A stretch of DNA of 64,000 nucleotides, taken from positions 1 to 64,000 of the IMG/VR virus record IMGVR_UViG_3300025889_000075, one strand, 5' to 3'. Position 1 is the first letter of the stretch. The number at the start of each line of letters is the position of its first letter. A program made the position numbers and the translations under genes. The notes below the pieces were generated by a model, which saw only the letters and a list, made by a program, of their open reading frames with translations, was not told the origin of the DNA and did no database searches. The stretch is from a virus. Shown piece by piece: positions 26,887-36,687 of this stretch.

Positions 26887-27482
26887 ATATATTTGCACTA
26901 AATCTTAATCCAGAGATCGCCGCAAGTGAGCAATGCGATCAACATGTTATTAAGATGTCTTGTGAGTACGCTCAATTACTTTCCACCTGCCATCGTATTT
27001 GCGATGGTATGGTTTGGGAAGGCACCAGTGCTAAGACTGGTCGTAAGATCAAAAGATATATTCTTGAAGATGATGAGATGAATGAGAATTTATATCTTGC
27101 TTGTCACAACAATCATCCTTCTAACATCTGGGTTCGACAATCAGTAAATAACTATCAGTGGTTGTACAAACTCTGGGTCTCAACGTGTAAAGAATATTCG
27201 CGTCGCTATGATAAAGTTCATGCTTCTTTGATTAAATTGCAGCAGTATTTAATCAACCCTCCTGTAAATATTCCTAATGCTCCCTTCACACAACCCACTC
27301 CTGCCATGAAACAGTATCCGCATTGTATTGTTCCTGGCGATTCTGTGCAGAGTTACAAGAACTTCTACTGGGAAGACAAACGTAAGTTTGCTACCTGGAC
27401 CAACAGACCTAAACCAAAATGGTGGCAAGAATTCGAAGCAAAAACCGATATACATATGAATGATAAACTGGTACTAACATGA
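26883..27482 (+). CDS. pyrimidine-dimer DNA glycosylase/endonuclease V-like protein
   Basis: MNIF.L..CDQHVIKM..E.AQLLST, HNNHPSNIWVR, EY..RY.K.H. Confidence 0.75.
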   Translation: MNIFALNLNPEIAASEQCDQHVIKMSCEYAQLLSTCHRICDGMVWEGTSAKTGRKIKRYILEDDEMNENLYLACHNNHPSNIWVRQSVNNYQWLYKLWVSTCKEYSRRYDKVHASLIKLQQYLINPPVNIPNAPFTQPTPAMKQYPHCIVPGDSVQSYKNFYWEDKRKFATWTNRPKPKWWQEFEAKTDIHMNDKLVLT

Positions 27483-27697
27483 GTCTCGAACACAAACGCG
27501 GAATGATAACTGAAGAAATTTCGAAACATATGTCTGAAAACGGCAAACTTATTGCAATTGTTGTTAAAACCGAAAAAGGATATATGGTTGAACTTTACGA
27601 AAAAAGTAGGTATATTAGAACTGTTGATGTTACAACTCGCAGTCTTCAATATGCTGAAGACGCAGCAGAGAATTACGTATTAGGGTTTCCTGTATAA
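27479..27697 (+). CDS. hypothetical protein
   Basis: SLQYAEDAAENYVLG motif. Confidence 0.75.
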   Translation: MSLEHKRGMITEEISKHMSENGKLIAIVVKTEKGYMVELYEKSRYIRTVDVTTRSLQYAEDAAENYVLGFPV

Positions 27698-27936
27698 ATT
27701 CTCTGAAGCATAGTTTCGAATTGTTCTACTTTATTGAGTCTATCTGGCCAATAGATGTAGTCTTTCTCAGGATTCATTTTTAAGTTTGTGAGCAATGGTT
27801 GTATGGCATTAAATAGTTTCTCAAGTCTTTCGTTTGTAGAAACTGCTTCTTCAACCTTAATTGATGCTTGTTGTACTGCTTCGAGTTCTTCCTCATTTAC
27901 TGCGGTAAACCCGAAATCGAAGAAATCGTCAGACAT
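27673..27936 (-). CDS. conserved hypothetical protein (lone minus-strand gene)
   Basis: FDFGFTAV..LLTNLKMNPEKDYIYWP.R; SD AAGGA. Confidence 0.8.
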   Translation of the reverse strand: MSDDFFDFGFTAVNEEELEAVQQASIKVEEAVSTNERLEKLFNAIQPLLTNLKMNPEKDYIYWPDRLNKVEQFETMLQRIYTGNPNT

Positions 27937-27967
27937 TTCTAATCCTTGTTATTGAGTAGGTATATTT

Positions 27968-28735
27968 ATGAAGATAGTGATTGCTGGTTATGGTGCTGTT
28001 GGTAAGGCGATTTATGAATGCCTTTACGAATCAGACGCAGAACTTTTTATTGATGATCCTGCGCTTGGGCATCATGTCGACACAGATGTTATGAAACCAG
28101 ACGCGGTTGTTGTTTGCGTTGCAACACCAATGAGAGAAGATGGTTCTTGTAATACTGACCACGTCGAAGAAGTGTTCATGAAATACAATGGTGTCAAGTA
28201 TTTAATTAAATCTGCTGTTAATCCTGTTTGGTTAAGTAAAGCAGTAAAATCATATAGAGGAAGTTACACTTATTCTCCTGAGTTTCTTCGAGGTAGTCAT
28301 GTACATGCTAATCCAACTCAAGAATTTCTTGACTCAGAGTTCGCTATCTATGGAGGAGATGACTGTCGTTGGTGGGACGAGTTGTTTAGACCACACCTAC
28401 CTAAACTCAAAGAAGTAAAATACTGCTCTCTCGACCAAGCAGCGTTCGCTAAATATGTTGAAAATTGTTTTCTCGCAACCAAAGTAACATTCTTCAACGA
28501 GATGTATAGAATTTATAATCAATGCGGGTTCGAAGGTTTTGATCAAATGGTTGATGCAATAACTGTCGATCCTCGCATCGGTCGTTCACACACTCAGGTT
28601 CCAGGACCAGACGGTAAGTTTGGATATGGTGGGCATTGTTTTCCAAAAGACATAGCAGCACTTCGGCACATTGCGAAAGAAAGTCCATTACTGGACGCAG
28701 TAACAGATATTAACGAAGAACATAGAAATGCCTAG
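27968..28735 (+). CDS. UDP-glucose/GDP-mannose dehydrogenase family protein, lacking C-terminal domain
   Basis: GYGAVG, VCVATP, IKS, SPEFLR, KY.EN.FLA.KV.F.NE, DPRIG, GYGGHCFPKD. Confidence 0.88.
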   Translation: MKIVIAGYGAVGKAIYECLYESDAELFIDDPALGHHVDTDVMKPDAVVVCVATPMREDGSCNTDHVEEVFMKYNGVKYLIKSAVNPVWLSKAVKSYRGSYTYSPEFLRGSHVHANPTQEFLDSEFAIYGGDDCRWWDELFRPHLPKLKEVKYCSLDQAAFAKYVENCFLATKVTFFNEMYRIYNQCGFEGFDQMVDAITVDPRIGRSHTQVPGPDGKFGYGGHCFPKDIAALRHIAKESPLLDAVTDINEEHRNA

Positions 28736-29456
28736 GAAAAAGAAAGCAACATTCGTTCCCAAGAAAAAGAAAACACTTATTCCCGAACCTAATTGGGACA
28801 AGTTAAGAAAGGCAAAGACAGAAGAAGAGAAACTTGCTGCTTTCAAAGCAGCAGAAGATTTCGCTCAATATGAAGCAGATCCTAAACTCGCTCTACATTG
28901 GTTAAAGAAGTGGATTCGTGAAGAGTCTGGTTGGGATATGCATCACGCTACTGTTATATTGCCTGATACCTATATGGCAATATTTGCTAAACATGGTTGG
29001 AAAGCGATGCAGTTGGGTTTTATGCCCGAAACGTTTAAGAATAGTTTAGAAAAAAATTTACTTCCACTTCTTAAAAGAGCAGAAGAAATACGAGATAAAA
29101 ATAATAAAGAAGAGGAAAAAATTGAATTTCCAAAGGGCGAAGGTTATATTGATCCTGAAAAAGTTAAAGAATGGTTGTCTAGTTGGAGCGCATATCTTAA
29201 AAGCGCAAAGGGTCATTCTGAATCTTCTGATCCACAAATAAGATTACAATATCGTGTTGCTGAAACATATGTTTACAACATGAAACAATATTTAAGAACG
29301 GGTGTTTGGTCTGATTCACATTTTGGCGAAAACAGAGAAAATAAAATTCTTTGGGTTTGTAAAGCGATGGCATACGACAAAGATGGAACACCAAAACGTA
29401 GTGTTGGGACCTGGTATCCTGACATTGCTCAAGTATGGAAAAGGGAGTACGAATGA
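28728..29456 (+). CDS. hypothetical protein
   Basis: Long ORF with overlapped start/stop; MAYDKDGTPKRSVGTWYPD motif. Confidence 0.75.
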   Translation: MPRKKKATFVPKKKKTLIPEPNWDKLRKAKTEEEKLAAFKAAEDFAQYEADPKLALHWLKKWIREESGWDMHHATVILPDTYMAIFAKHGWKAMQLGFMPETFKNSLEKNLLPLLKRAEEIRDKNNKEEEKIEFPKGEGYIDPEKVKEWLSSWSAYLKSAKGHSESSDPQIRLQYRVAETYVYNMKQYLRTGVWSDSHFGENRENKILWVCKAMAYDKDGTPKRSVGTWYPDIAQVWKREYE

Positions 29457-29683
29457 AACTCGATGGTCTAATGTTAACTAAAAACAAATTCACCAAGATG
29501 GTTGAAGATACGGTAAGAGTAAAAAGACTTTCTTACATCGACGCGATAGTTCATCTTAGTGAGCAACATAACATTGAGATGGAAGATATTCGTAAATACA
29601 TTTCTTTATCAATTAAAAACAAACTTGAAGTTGAAGCACAGAATTTAAATTTTATGCCAAAGGGAAATACTCTCCCTGTATAA
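29453..29683 (+). CDS. late promoter transcription co-activator gp33
   Basis: SYIDAIV...IKNKLEVEA..LNF; position before gp32. Confidence 0.85.
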   Translation: MKLDGLMLTKNKFTKMVEDTVRVKRLSYIDAIVHLSEQHNIEMEDIRKYISLSIKNKLEVEAQNLNFMPKGNTLPV

Positions 29684-29718
29684 ATATGGTTGCCTTACCA
29701 GAAAAAATAAGGTATTAT
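29679..29718 (+). promoter_or_regulatory. tandem late (TATAAATA) and sigma70 promoters for gp32
   Basis: TATAAATA 29679-29686; TTGCCT-N17-TATTAT 29690-29718. Confidence 0.7.
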
Positions 29719-29773
29719 ATGATGTATAACGTGGACAAAAAAACATACACTGATAACATACAAGGAAAATACG

Positions 29774-30661
29774 ATGTCATTTACACAACTCAAACGCAAT
29801 CGTGACACAATCTCAAAACTGGTACAAGCAGCTTCAGGTGAGTCTGCTCCTGCCGAAAAGAAATCCTATGGTGACGACCGTCAATGGAAACCAACTGTTG
29901 ATAAAGCAGGTAACGGTTACGCAGTAATTCGTTTCCTTCCTGCGGCAGAAGGTAATGATCTTCCATGGGTTCGTTATTGGGATCATGGTTTCAAAGGTCC
30001 AACAGGTCAATGGTACATCGAGAGGTCTTTGACTTCTATCGGTCAATCAGATCCTGTTTCTGAGGCAAACTCTAAACTTTGGAACTCTGGTAATGAGCGA
30101 GATAAAGAGATCGTTCGTGAGCGTAAACGCCGATTACATTATGTTTCTAACATTTATGTTGAAAGCGATCCCTCAAACCCCGCTAATGAAGGTCAAGTAT
30201 TCTTGTTTACTTATGGCAAGAAGATCTTCGACAAAATCATGGACGTTATGCAACCCCAGTTTGCTGATGAAGATCCAGTCAACCCATTCGACTTTTGGGA
30301 AGGCGCTTCGTTTAAACTGAAGATTCGTAATGTCGAAGGTTATCGTAACTATGATAAATCAGAGTTTGCATCCCCCGCTGCATTGTCTGAATCTGACTCA
30401 GAACTTGAGGAAATCTATGATCGAGTTTATGACTTAAACGAGTTCACAGATCCTAAGAACTATAAGAGTTACGAAGAACTTTCTGCTCGTCTTGCTATGG
30501 TTCTTGGAGAGTCTGCTCCAAGGACTGTTAGAGAAGAAGTAGCACTTGATATGGTTGCTGAACCGACTCCTCTTAAGGAATCTCCAGCACCCTCCTTTGA
30601 TGCATCGGATGATGACGACGATACTATGTCTTACTTCGCTAAATTAGCACAAGAAGATTAA
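29774..30661 (+). CDS. single-stranded DNA-binding protein gp32
   Basis: DKAGNGYAVIRFLP, HGF.GP.G.WYIE, GKKIFDKI, NPFDFW.G, RNYDKSEF, acidic tail. Confidence 0.95.
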   Translation: MSFTQLKRNRDTISKLVQAASGESAPAEKKSYGDDRQWKPTVDKAGNGYAVIRFLPAAEGNDLPWVRYWDHGFKGPTGQWYIERSLTSIGQSDPVSEANSKLWNSGNERDKEIVRERKRRLHYVSNIYVESDPSNPANEGQVFLFTYGKKIFDKIMDVMQPQFADEDPVNPFDFWEGASFKLKIRNVEGYRNYDKSEFASPAALSESDSELEEIYDRVYDLNEFTDPKNYKSYEELSARLAMVLGESAPRTVREEVALDMVAEPTPLKESPAPSFDASDDDDDTMSYFAKLAQED

Positions 30662-32127
30662 GCATAAGCTCTCGTTAATCCATCCTCTGCAGAAGGAGAC
30701 TCCATAATAGTGGCGCTGCTAGAATTGCTTGTGTTATTTACCGTGTTTGGTGCAACAACATTAACATTTCCAGTGGCGCTGCTATTATTTTTAAATTCTT
30801 GTGTTTGATTAGCAAGCGTTTGAGTTTGATCTATACGACTGGTATTGCTGACGTTACTAACAGCTGTTGTCGTTAACTCAATGTTCTCTTGTTCTAATGC
30901 TCGTCTTTTAATTTTTAATTGATCTATTTTCTTCTGAGTGCTTGCTCTTCCTATCTTCTTAAATGGACTATCGCTTTCTAAATCTTTCTCTAACTGTTCG
31001 ATTTGACCGTCAATACTTTTAATCGCCGTTTTGTTATTAGATTTTATATTTTCTTTGTCTCCCTCGCCCATTTCAAAATCAGCGCCAAGTGAGTTCGCTA
31101 ACGATTTAACGCCAGTCCAGAGCATAGAAATTGGTTTTAAAACACTTTCAATAATATTCTGAATTAATTTATTAAAATCAAATTTATCGATCGTGTCCAA
31201 AAAACTACCCAACATTGTTGAAGTATCAAAATTTCCTTCTTCGTCTGCTAAGAATGCTTTAAACGGCCAAAGAAGTACAGTTTTAATCAAATTAATAAAT
31301 TCGCCAATAAAAGATCCAAAAAAATTACCAATGAAAGAACTTATAACGTCTACGACATTACCGCCTTCTTCAGACTCTTTTACTGCTGCTTTAAAACCAT
31401 CAAAAGCAGACATAAGAACCGCCAAGGGATAAAGAATTTTTCCGACGACTCTTAAGAAACCACCTAATTTACTTCCAACGTTTTTAAAGAAATCGACGAG
31501 CGGTTTCGCCATGTCTTGAATCATTCCTACAATCTTACCGCCACCAGGAAATTTAGGAATTTTTTCTGCGATCATTGTTTTTAAATTAGTAATCGCCTGA
31601 CTTATTTTCGTGAAGATACCTTTTTCACCGCCGAAAAAATTCTTAACTTTAGATATGATCTCTGGTATTTTTTTCTCAAAGAATCCAGTGAATCCAAAAT
31701 TAGACAAAGTCAATGCTGCTATACCAGCGGTTAAGTACAATAAGAATCTAGTTTTAAAATCATCAATCCAATTCATAAGAGATTTAAAAAATCCGTCTTT
31801 CTTTTCTCCCTTTGGCAATACAGTCGATTTTTTGCCGCCCTTTTCTCTGTCAGATTCTAGGTCTTTTAGATCACCTAAGGATTGTTGAGCAAAAAATTCA
31901 TCAAACTGATTAACGAGAATTTCAATATCTGCAGCAATACTTTCTAAGTAACCTGTTTGAACTTCAATCATTTGAAAGAATTGTTCAGACAAAGAAGGTT
32001 GTTGTGGATTGTCTCCAGTGCCAGCAGGAATTAATTGCCCTTGTAATGCTTCATCTCTTTTTCGTTGCTCATTAGCAAGAACCATTGCCTGTTGAACAAT
32101 AGTTAATGGTTTTATTTCATCAGCCAT
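30658..32127 (-). CDS. putative tape-measure/baseplate hub protein (gp29-like position)
   Basis: Helical protein with hydrophobic Gly/Phe-rich middle, directly downstream of gp26/gp51. Confidence 0.55.
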   Translation of the reverse strand: MADEIKPLTIVQQAMVLANEQRKRDEALQGQLIPAGTGDNPQQPSLSEQFFQMIEVQTGYLESIAADIEILVNQFDEFFAQQSLGDLKDLESDREKGGKKSTVLPKGEKKDGFFKSLMNWIDDFKTRFLLYLTAGIAALTLSNFGFTGFFEKKIPEIISKVKNFFGGEKGIFTKISQAITNLKTMIAEKIPKFPGGGKIVGMIQDMAKPLVDFFKNVGSKLGGFLRVVGKILYPLAVLMSAFDGFKAAVKESEEGGNVVDVISSFIGNFFGSFIGEFINLIKTVLLWPFKAFLADEEGNFDTSTMLGSFLDTIDKFDFNKLIQNIIESVLKPISMLWTGVKSLANSLGADFEMGEGDKENIKSNNKTAIKSIDGQIEQLEKDLESDSPFKKIGRASTQKKIDQLKIKRRALEQENIELTTTAVSNVSNTSRIDQTQTLANQTQEFKNNSSATGNVNVVAPNTVNNTSNSSSATIMESPSAEDGLTRAYA

Positions 32128-32305
32128 TTTTTGCCTTCATCCTTTCGTTTTCTTGTTTGATATATTCTATCAACATTGCTACATAAATTTCCCTCTCCCA
32201 AGGCACCATTTCATTTAGTTCAGTCAAAGAATAATTGTGGTGTTGCATCAATTGAAAGTTTAACTGATAATGATTCACCAAATTATCATGAGAGAGGCAT
32301 ATTAA
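32120..32305 (-). CDS. gp51-like hub assembly chaperone segment, probably reached by -1 frameshift
   Basis: Not in track. LICLSHDNLVNHYQLNFQLMQHHNYSLTELNEMVPWEREIYVAMLIEYIKQENER. Confidence 0.8.
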   Translation of the reverse strand, partial: LICLSHDNLVNHYQLNFQLMQHHNYSLTELNEMVPWEREIYVAMLIEYIKQENERMKAKNG

Positions 32306-33009
32306 AAAAAATTCTGCATTCCTTCTATAGTTCTTGTGTTATTCGTTCCGCAAGAATTACATGTAAAATTAACTTCATGCTGAACCTTTGGAATTTCATT
32401 CATAAAAGCAGAGAGTTTACTGATTTGTGATGCTGTCATCGATTCAATAAATTCAACCATTGCTTGTTTAGGTTCATCCTCCGCAAGAATCATTTCTTCT
32501 TCTGTTATTACTGCTTCAATACAAGAAGCAAGCAATTCAAATCCAAGTTGAGTTTCGTTTCCTTCTGTTTGCGTCATTCCAGCAACATCAAGGAATGAAG
32601 GATATCTCATCTGAACAGAAATATCATCAACAATTGGTATCACATTTTGTTTATTGTTATCCTTTGTTACACTAACTTTAGAAATATCAATTTCAACTTC
32701 ATTACTATGTTCGCATTCGTTGCAAGAAATACCAACCTTTGATATTTCACCAACCGACTTAGATCTAATCTGCATAAACAAATATTCAATATCGAACGTC
32801 GTTAGTTTATTTCTTTGTAATTTATCATAAACGCAAGACTCGATTGTATCAACAACAGTTTCAAGTGTTTGTTTTTGATCTCCTGATTCAAACGCTGTTA
32901 ATAAAACTTTTTCTTCTTTGACCAAATATGGTCTAAACTTAACTATCTTTCCTGTAGAGGGTATTTCAATCTCATACTTAATAGTTTCATTCAACTTGGG
33001 TAATGCCAT
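32302..33009 (-). CDS. baseplate hub assembly protein gp26
   Basis: MALPKL, RPYLVKEEK, FDIEYLF..IRSKSVGE, two CxxC, ends NFF. Confidence 0.9.
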   Translation of the reverse strand: MALPKLNETIKYEIEIPSTGKIVKFRPYLVKEEKVLLTAFESGDQKQTLETVVDTIESCVYDKLQRNKLTTFDIEYLFMQIRSKSVGEISKVGISCNECEHSNEVEIDISKVSVTKDNNKQNVIPIVDDISVQMRYPSFLDVAGMTQTEGNETQLGFELLASCIEAVITEEEMILAEDEPKQAMVEFIESMTASQISKLSAFMNEIPKVQHEVNFTCNSCGTNNTRTIEGMQNFF

Positions 33010-33015
33010 AATATT

Positions 33016-33690
33016 TTATCCTTTCAATGCTTTATAAATGTCAAATCCTTTTTTGAGTACTGAGTTTTCGTAATTATCATAGTAATCGTTTTTGTAACCT
33101 GTAAAGTTACTTGTCCAATCTTTGAACGAGAACGCCACAGAGAATGAAACCAATCCATCTTGATCGTTTGATAATGCAATTTCAGTTAAAGAAGTTGGAA
33201 ATGCCTCAATCAATGTTGATCCATAAACAACTTCGTCTTCCGCGTTCATTTCTGTCAATGCGTCAAGAACCTTAAATACTTTGGGAAAGTTTCCGCTGAC
33301 CAAAAGACTTGCAATATTGCCGCCAGATTTTAACTGCTGAATCGTAACATCTGAAACGTATTCTTTATAATAACCGACAGTGTAATCTCTCGTGTTGACC
33401 ACTCTTGATTGCCACTCTTCGAAAAATCTCCTAGAATAATAATCGTTCAAGGTTAGAAAAGTCATAGTAACTTCTGGTACAGCAAATCCGTATGCAACCT
33501 TTTTATTTGTCATACCGATTAATCTTTCGTTCGTAAGAATCTGTCTTCCTGGTAACGATACGTTAGTGCAAAGAAGATTGAGTTCTCTAGCAGCGTTTTC
33601 TGGAGTAAATAAAACACGATAGAGGTTTGTCCTAGCAAACCCGCCGCCTCTTGACACCAGATTCTTAAATGCTTCTATATTATAAGGCAT
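33016..33690 (-). CDS. tail tube initiator (gp54/gp19-like)
   Basis: GGFARTNLY, LC..VSLPG, FEEWQ, EAFP, FSF..W. Confidence 0.75.
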   Translation of the reverse strand: MPYNIEAFKNLVSRGGGFARTNLYRVLFTPENAARELNLLCTNVSLPGRQILTNERLIGMTNKKVAYGFAVPEVTMTFLTLNDYYSRRFFEEWQSRVVNTRDYTVGYYKEYVSDVTIQQLKSGGNIASLLVSGNFPKVFKVLDALTEMNAEDEVVYGSTLIEAFPTSLTEIALSNDQDGLVSFSVAFSFKDWTSNFTGYKNDYYDNYENSVLKKGFDIYKALKG

Positions 33691-34273
33691 TAATTATTTT
33701 CCTTGAGTCCATATATACCTTAGATTGCCCTGCTTTCGCAAAATCTGCTGTCGGTAAAAACGTAGCAATCTCATATTCTGGTGCAGATATCTTAGCAAAC
33801 CTACCTTTAACGTGTGATGACAAATAATGTTTAAAACACGGAGCAAAGTATCTTAGTTTAGAAGATCGTTTCAATAAACTATATGACAAACTAAACTTCG
33901 TTGTATCGTCGTACCTATTATTATTTGTTATTTCTAACAGCGCGTCTAAAAACTTCGCTCTAACAATCGGTTGTAAGTAATGTAAATTCAAACCATAGAA
34001 ACCACCTTCCGCTGGACCAACAACAATCACCAAAGGGAAACGATCATAGTAAGGCAACTTGTCTTTTGTTTTCGGATCGTAAAAGAACATGTACATATGA
34101 CCAGCAATTTCGCTTGACGTTCTTTGTACTTCTTCTTCACCCATTAAATCTTGACGATCGATTCCAGTTATCTGCCTTGCTTTCTGTCTAAACCACTCCC
34201 GTGATTGACGTGTTCTTGGCGTAATCCCTGAACGGAACGCTGCGAGTTCTAGTGTTTGAAATAAGTTACTCAT
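33680..34273 (-). CDS. DNA end protector gp2
   Basis: YDPKTKDKLPYYDRFPL, GLNLHYL, CFKHYL. Confidence 0.9.
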   Translation of the reverse strand: MSNLFQTLELAAFRSGITPRTRQSREWFRQKARQITGIDRQDLMGEEEVQRTSSEIAGHMYMFFYDPKTKDKLPYYDRFPLVIVVGPAEGGFYGLNLHYLQPIVRAKFLDALLEITNNNRYDDTTKFSLSYSLLKRSSKLRYFAPCFKHYLSSHVKGRFAKISAPEYEIATFLPTADFAKAGQSKVYMDSRKIINAL

Positions 34274-34278
34274 GGAAC

Positions 34279-34767
34279 CTATTTATTCTTTTTGCGGGAG
34301 TATTTCGGTAGTGGTTTAAGTTTTTTGATTGGTTTGGGTAGGATACGCATCGCTCTTAGTTCTATTTCAGTCCAAACTTCGAACCTCCATCCTTGATCCT
34401 TAGCGTATTCGTTTGCTGCTTCCCATTTGTTTTGATTCTTAATAAAAGTAAATGCTTCATTAATATACTGTTTTGTCCTGCGTTGACCAGTTGGCGGCGT
34501 AGTTTCTTTGTTTGGTTTTACTTCGATTAATGATGTTGAACCATCTTTCCATGTCACTTTAAAGTCGGGGAAGTATCGATGCCAACGTTTATCTGCTTCA
34601 TACAAATAAGGTATAACGATTTCTTCGCTACTCCAATTAACAACATCAGAAGAAGAATCAAAGAATTGCATGCAATGTTTTTCCCACATTGATCTATAGA
34701 TGACGTTCTTTGGATCGCCTCTATACTTCTCTGGGTTTTTAACTTTGTACCTTCCGGAATATGTCAT
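34279..34767 (-). CDS. head completion nuclease gp4
   Basis: NPEKY.GD, YRSMWE, WSSEE..IPY, HRYFPDF, EVKP, NQNKW.AA; start at ATG 34767. Confidence 0.92.
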   Translation of the reverse strand: MTYSGRYKVKNPEKYRGDPKNVIYRSMWEKHCMQFFDSSSDVVNWSSEEIVIPYLYEADKRWHRYFPDFKVTWKDGSTSLIEVKPNKETTPPTGQRRTKQYINEAFTFIKNQNKWEAANEYAKDQGWRFEVWTEIELRAMRILPKPIKKLKPLPKYSRKKNK

Positions 34768-34775
34768 GAAAACGC

Positions 34776-34806
34776 TATAAATAAACAGGACCAAAACCTA
34801 TTTATT
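34776..34806. promoter_or_regulatory. divergent late promoters
   Basis: TATAAATA (+, 34776-34783) for gp48; AATAAATA (-, 34799-34806) for gp4; another AATAAATA (-) at 34280-34287 before gp2. Confidence 0.65.
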
Positions 34807-34815
34807 GAGGCGGGA

Positions 34816-35892
34816 ATGGAACAGCAAGTAGAGATTAAAAGAACAGACGAAGGGGTTCAGACCAGACAAAAAATCGCTGAAGAAAAGAACGACCCTCAAC
34901 TTCCCGGCACTGAATTAGTATATCCAATGGAAGATATCGGAGACTATGACGCGTATGTAAAATTTACTGTATTAGAAGATGTTCCTGTGGACATAGCAGG
35001 GTTGTTAGATGGATTTGGTAAGCACATTGAAGCGACATTTTCTAGAACTCAAAAAGTAAACGAAGAAACCGAAGAGCCTTTACCGCAGACTGCTGAAGCA
35101 AAAAAGGCAGCTACTGAAGAAGAAGAAAAAGCAATTGCGGCGATGCAGGGTGATATTTTAAAAGAGTCTGCAAATATTGATGGTAATTTTAAAAACGGGC
35201 AAGTAATTAAATTATATATGCCCCAGGGTATACAAATTGTAGACAATGTACAATATGATAACGCGGAACTTGGCGCTATTGGTGGATCAGCGGTTGGTGC
35301 TATGGGGTCAGGTCAAGGAGCATTGGCAGGCGCTATTCAAGGAGGAATGGGAGGAATTACTGCATTAGTTGATAGTTTTAAAGGCGCTGCGGGTACTGAT
35401 GCTGCAAGACTAGCGATGGTTCGCGCGTCATCAAGTTTTGGTACTGCTGGTGAGGCAGTTAAATCTGTTGCTCGTGTTGCTCTAAATCCAAACGTCAGAA
35501 CACTTTTTAAAAGCGTAGGTATTAGAGAATTTAGTTTTACCTTTATCTTCATAGCACAATCTAAAAAAGAAGCGGAAGAGATTAAAAAAATTATTAAAGT
35601 TTTTAGAAGAGAACTTTATCCTGAAAAGATTGGCGCGTTCGGAGATAATGATACAGAATCAAGTTTGTCTCTTGGTTACAAATTTCCAAATAGATTTAGC
35701 ATTGAATTGATGCATAATGAAAAATCTGTAGCTACTAAACTATTACCTTGTTATTTAAGAAACTTTCAAGCAACATATAACCCAAATTCAATGGGAATGC
35801 ATGATGACGGAAACTTTCAAGAAATTCAAATCACGATGTCATTTGCAGAATCAAGAACTCTTAGCAAAAGCGATATTGATAAAGGATTCTAA
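34816..35892 (+). CDS. baseplate tail tube cap gp48
   Basis: IKLYMP, NP....LF..V..R.F.F.F, YKFP..F.I, F.E. Confidence 0.85.
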   Translation: MEQQVEIKRTDEGVQTRQKIAEEKNDPQLPGTELVYPMEDIGDYDAYVKFTVLEDVPVDIAGLLDGFGKHIEATFSRTQKVNEETEEPLPQTAEAKKAATEEEEKAIAAMQGDILKESANIDGNFKNGQVIKLYMPQGIQIVDNVQYDNAELGAIGGSAVGAMGSGQGALAGAIQGGMGGITALVDSFKGAAGTDAARLAMVRASSSFGTAGEAVKSVARVALNPNVRTLFKSVGIREFSFTFIFIAQSKKEAEEIKKIIKVFRRELYPEKIGAFGDNDTESSLSLGYKFPNRFSIELMHNEKSVATKLLPCYLRNFQATYNPNSMGMHDDGNFQEIQITMSFAESRTLSKSDIDKGF

Positions 35893-35895
35893 CAT

Positions 35896-36687
35896 ATGCC
35901 AAGATACTTTACAGATTTTCCATTAGTTCGATATTCTTTTGGTTCACAAGAAGATCGTGTCTATTTTCCAAAGATAACAACTTTCGTTGATGTATTTGAT
36001 AAAGTTAAACAAGAACTTTCTTTGTATAAAAAAATATCAATTATTGATAACGAAAGACCAGACAGTTTATCTTATCGTTTGTATGGCACAGTAGATTACT
36101 ACTGGACTTTTTATTTGATGAACGATAAAATTAAAGAGTCTGGTTGGCCATTGACTTTAGAAAGACAAGACGAAATTATTAAAGAAAGATACAATGGTTG
36201 GGTTCTTACTTTTGAGGGCGATATCGAACCGAACTTTCCTGTTGGACAAGTTGTTGAGATTCGTGGTGCGGGTTTAACTGGCACAGTTAAAAAGAAAAAC
36301 CCAGACCTTGGACAAGTTTATCTAACTGTTTCTCCTGTTTACAATGGACAAACAATAAATCAAAATTTGGTCAATAACTATATGCTCAGTGCTTTGGAGT
36401 TATACTATCAAAGTCAACAGATAGATTATACTGTCAGCAGAATTGTTTCAGTAAAAAAAGAATACGAAGCTGTGCATCATTATGAAAATTCTAGTGGCGA
36501 GTATGTTGACATAACGCCATCACAACAAGGATATGGTGGTGGAACTGACACAAGAAGCGGATTGACAACAGTTACTTGGGAGTCAAGATTTAAAGATAAA
36601 AACGACGATCTCAAAAACATTGTTGTTATAAGACCTGACGCTATTAATAGCGTCGTTGGAGAATACAAAAAAGCGCTCAGAAGATAA
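35896..36687 (+). CDS. baseplate wedge gp53
   Basis: YF..FP, ERPD.LSY.LYG..DYYW...MN...WPL, VHHYE. Confidence 0.88.
   Translation: MPRYFTDFPLVRYSFGSQEDRVYFPKITTFVDVFDKVKQELSLYKKISIIDNERPDSLSYRLYGTVDYYWTFYLMNDKIKESGWPLTLERQDEIIKERYNGWVLTFEGDIEPNFPVGQVVEIRGAGLTGTVKKKNPDLGQVYLTVSPVYNGQTINQNLVNNYMLSALELYYQSQQIDYTVSRIVSVKKEYEAVHHYENSSGEYVDITPSQQGYGGGTDTRSGLTTVTWESRFKDKNDDLKNIVVIRPDAINSVVGEYKKALRR

Noticed and set aside
32176-32430. Plus-strand 84-aa ORF and the many other nested or antisense ORFs in the track
   Set aside because: Shadows of well-supported genes on another frame or strand, with no RBS or motifs.
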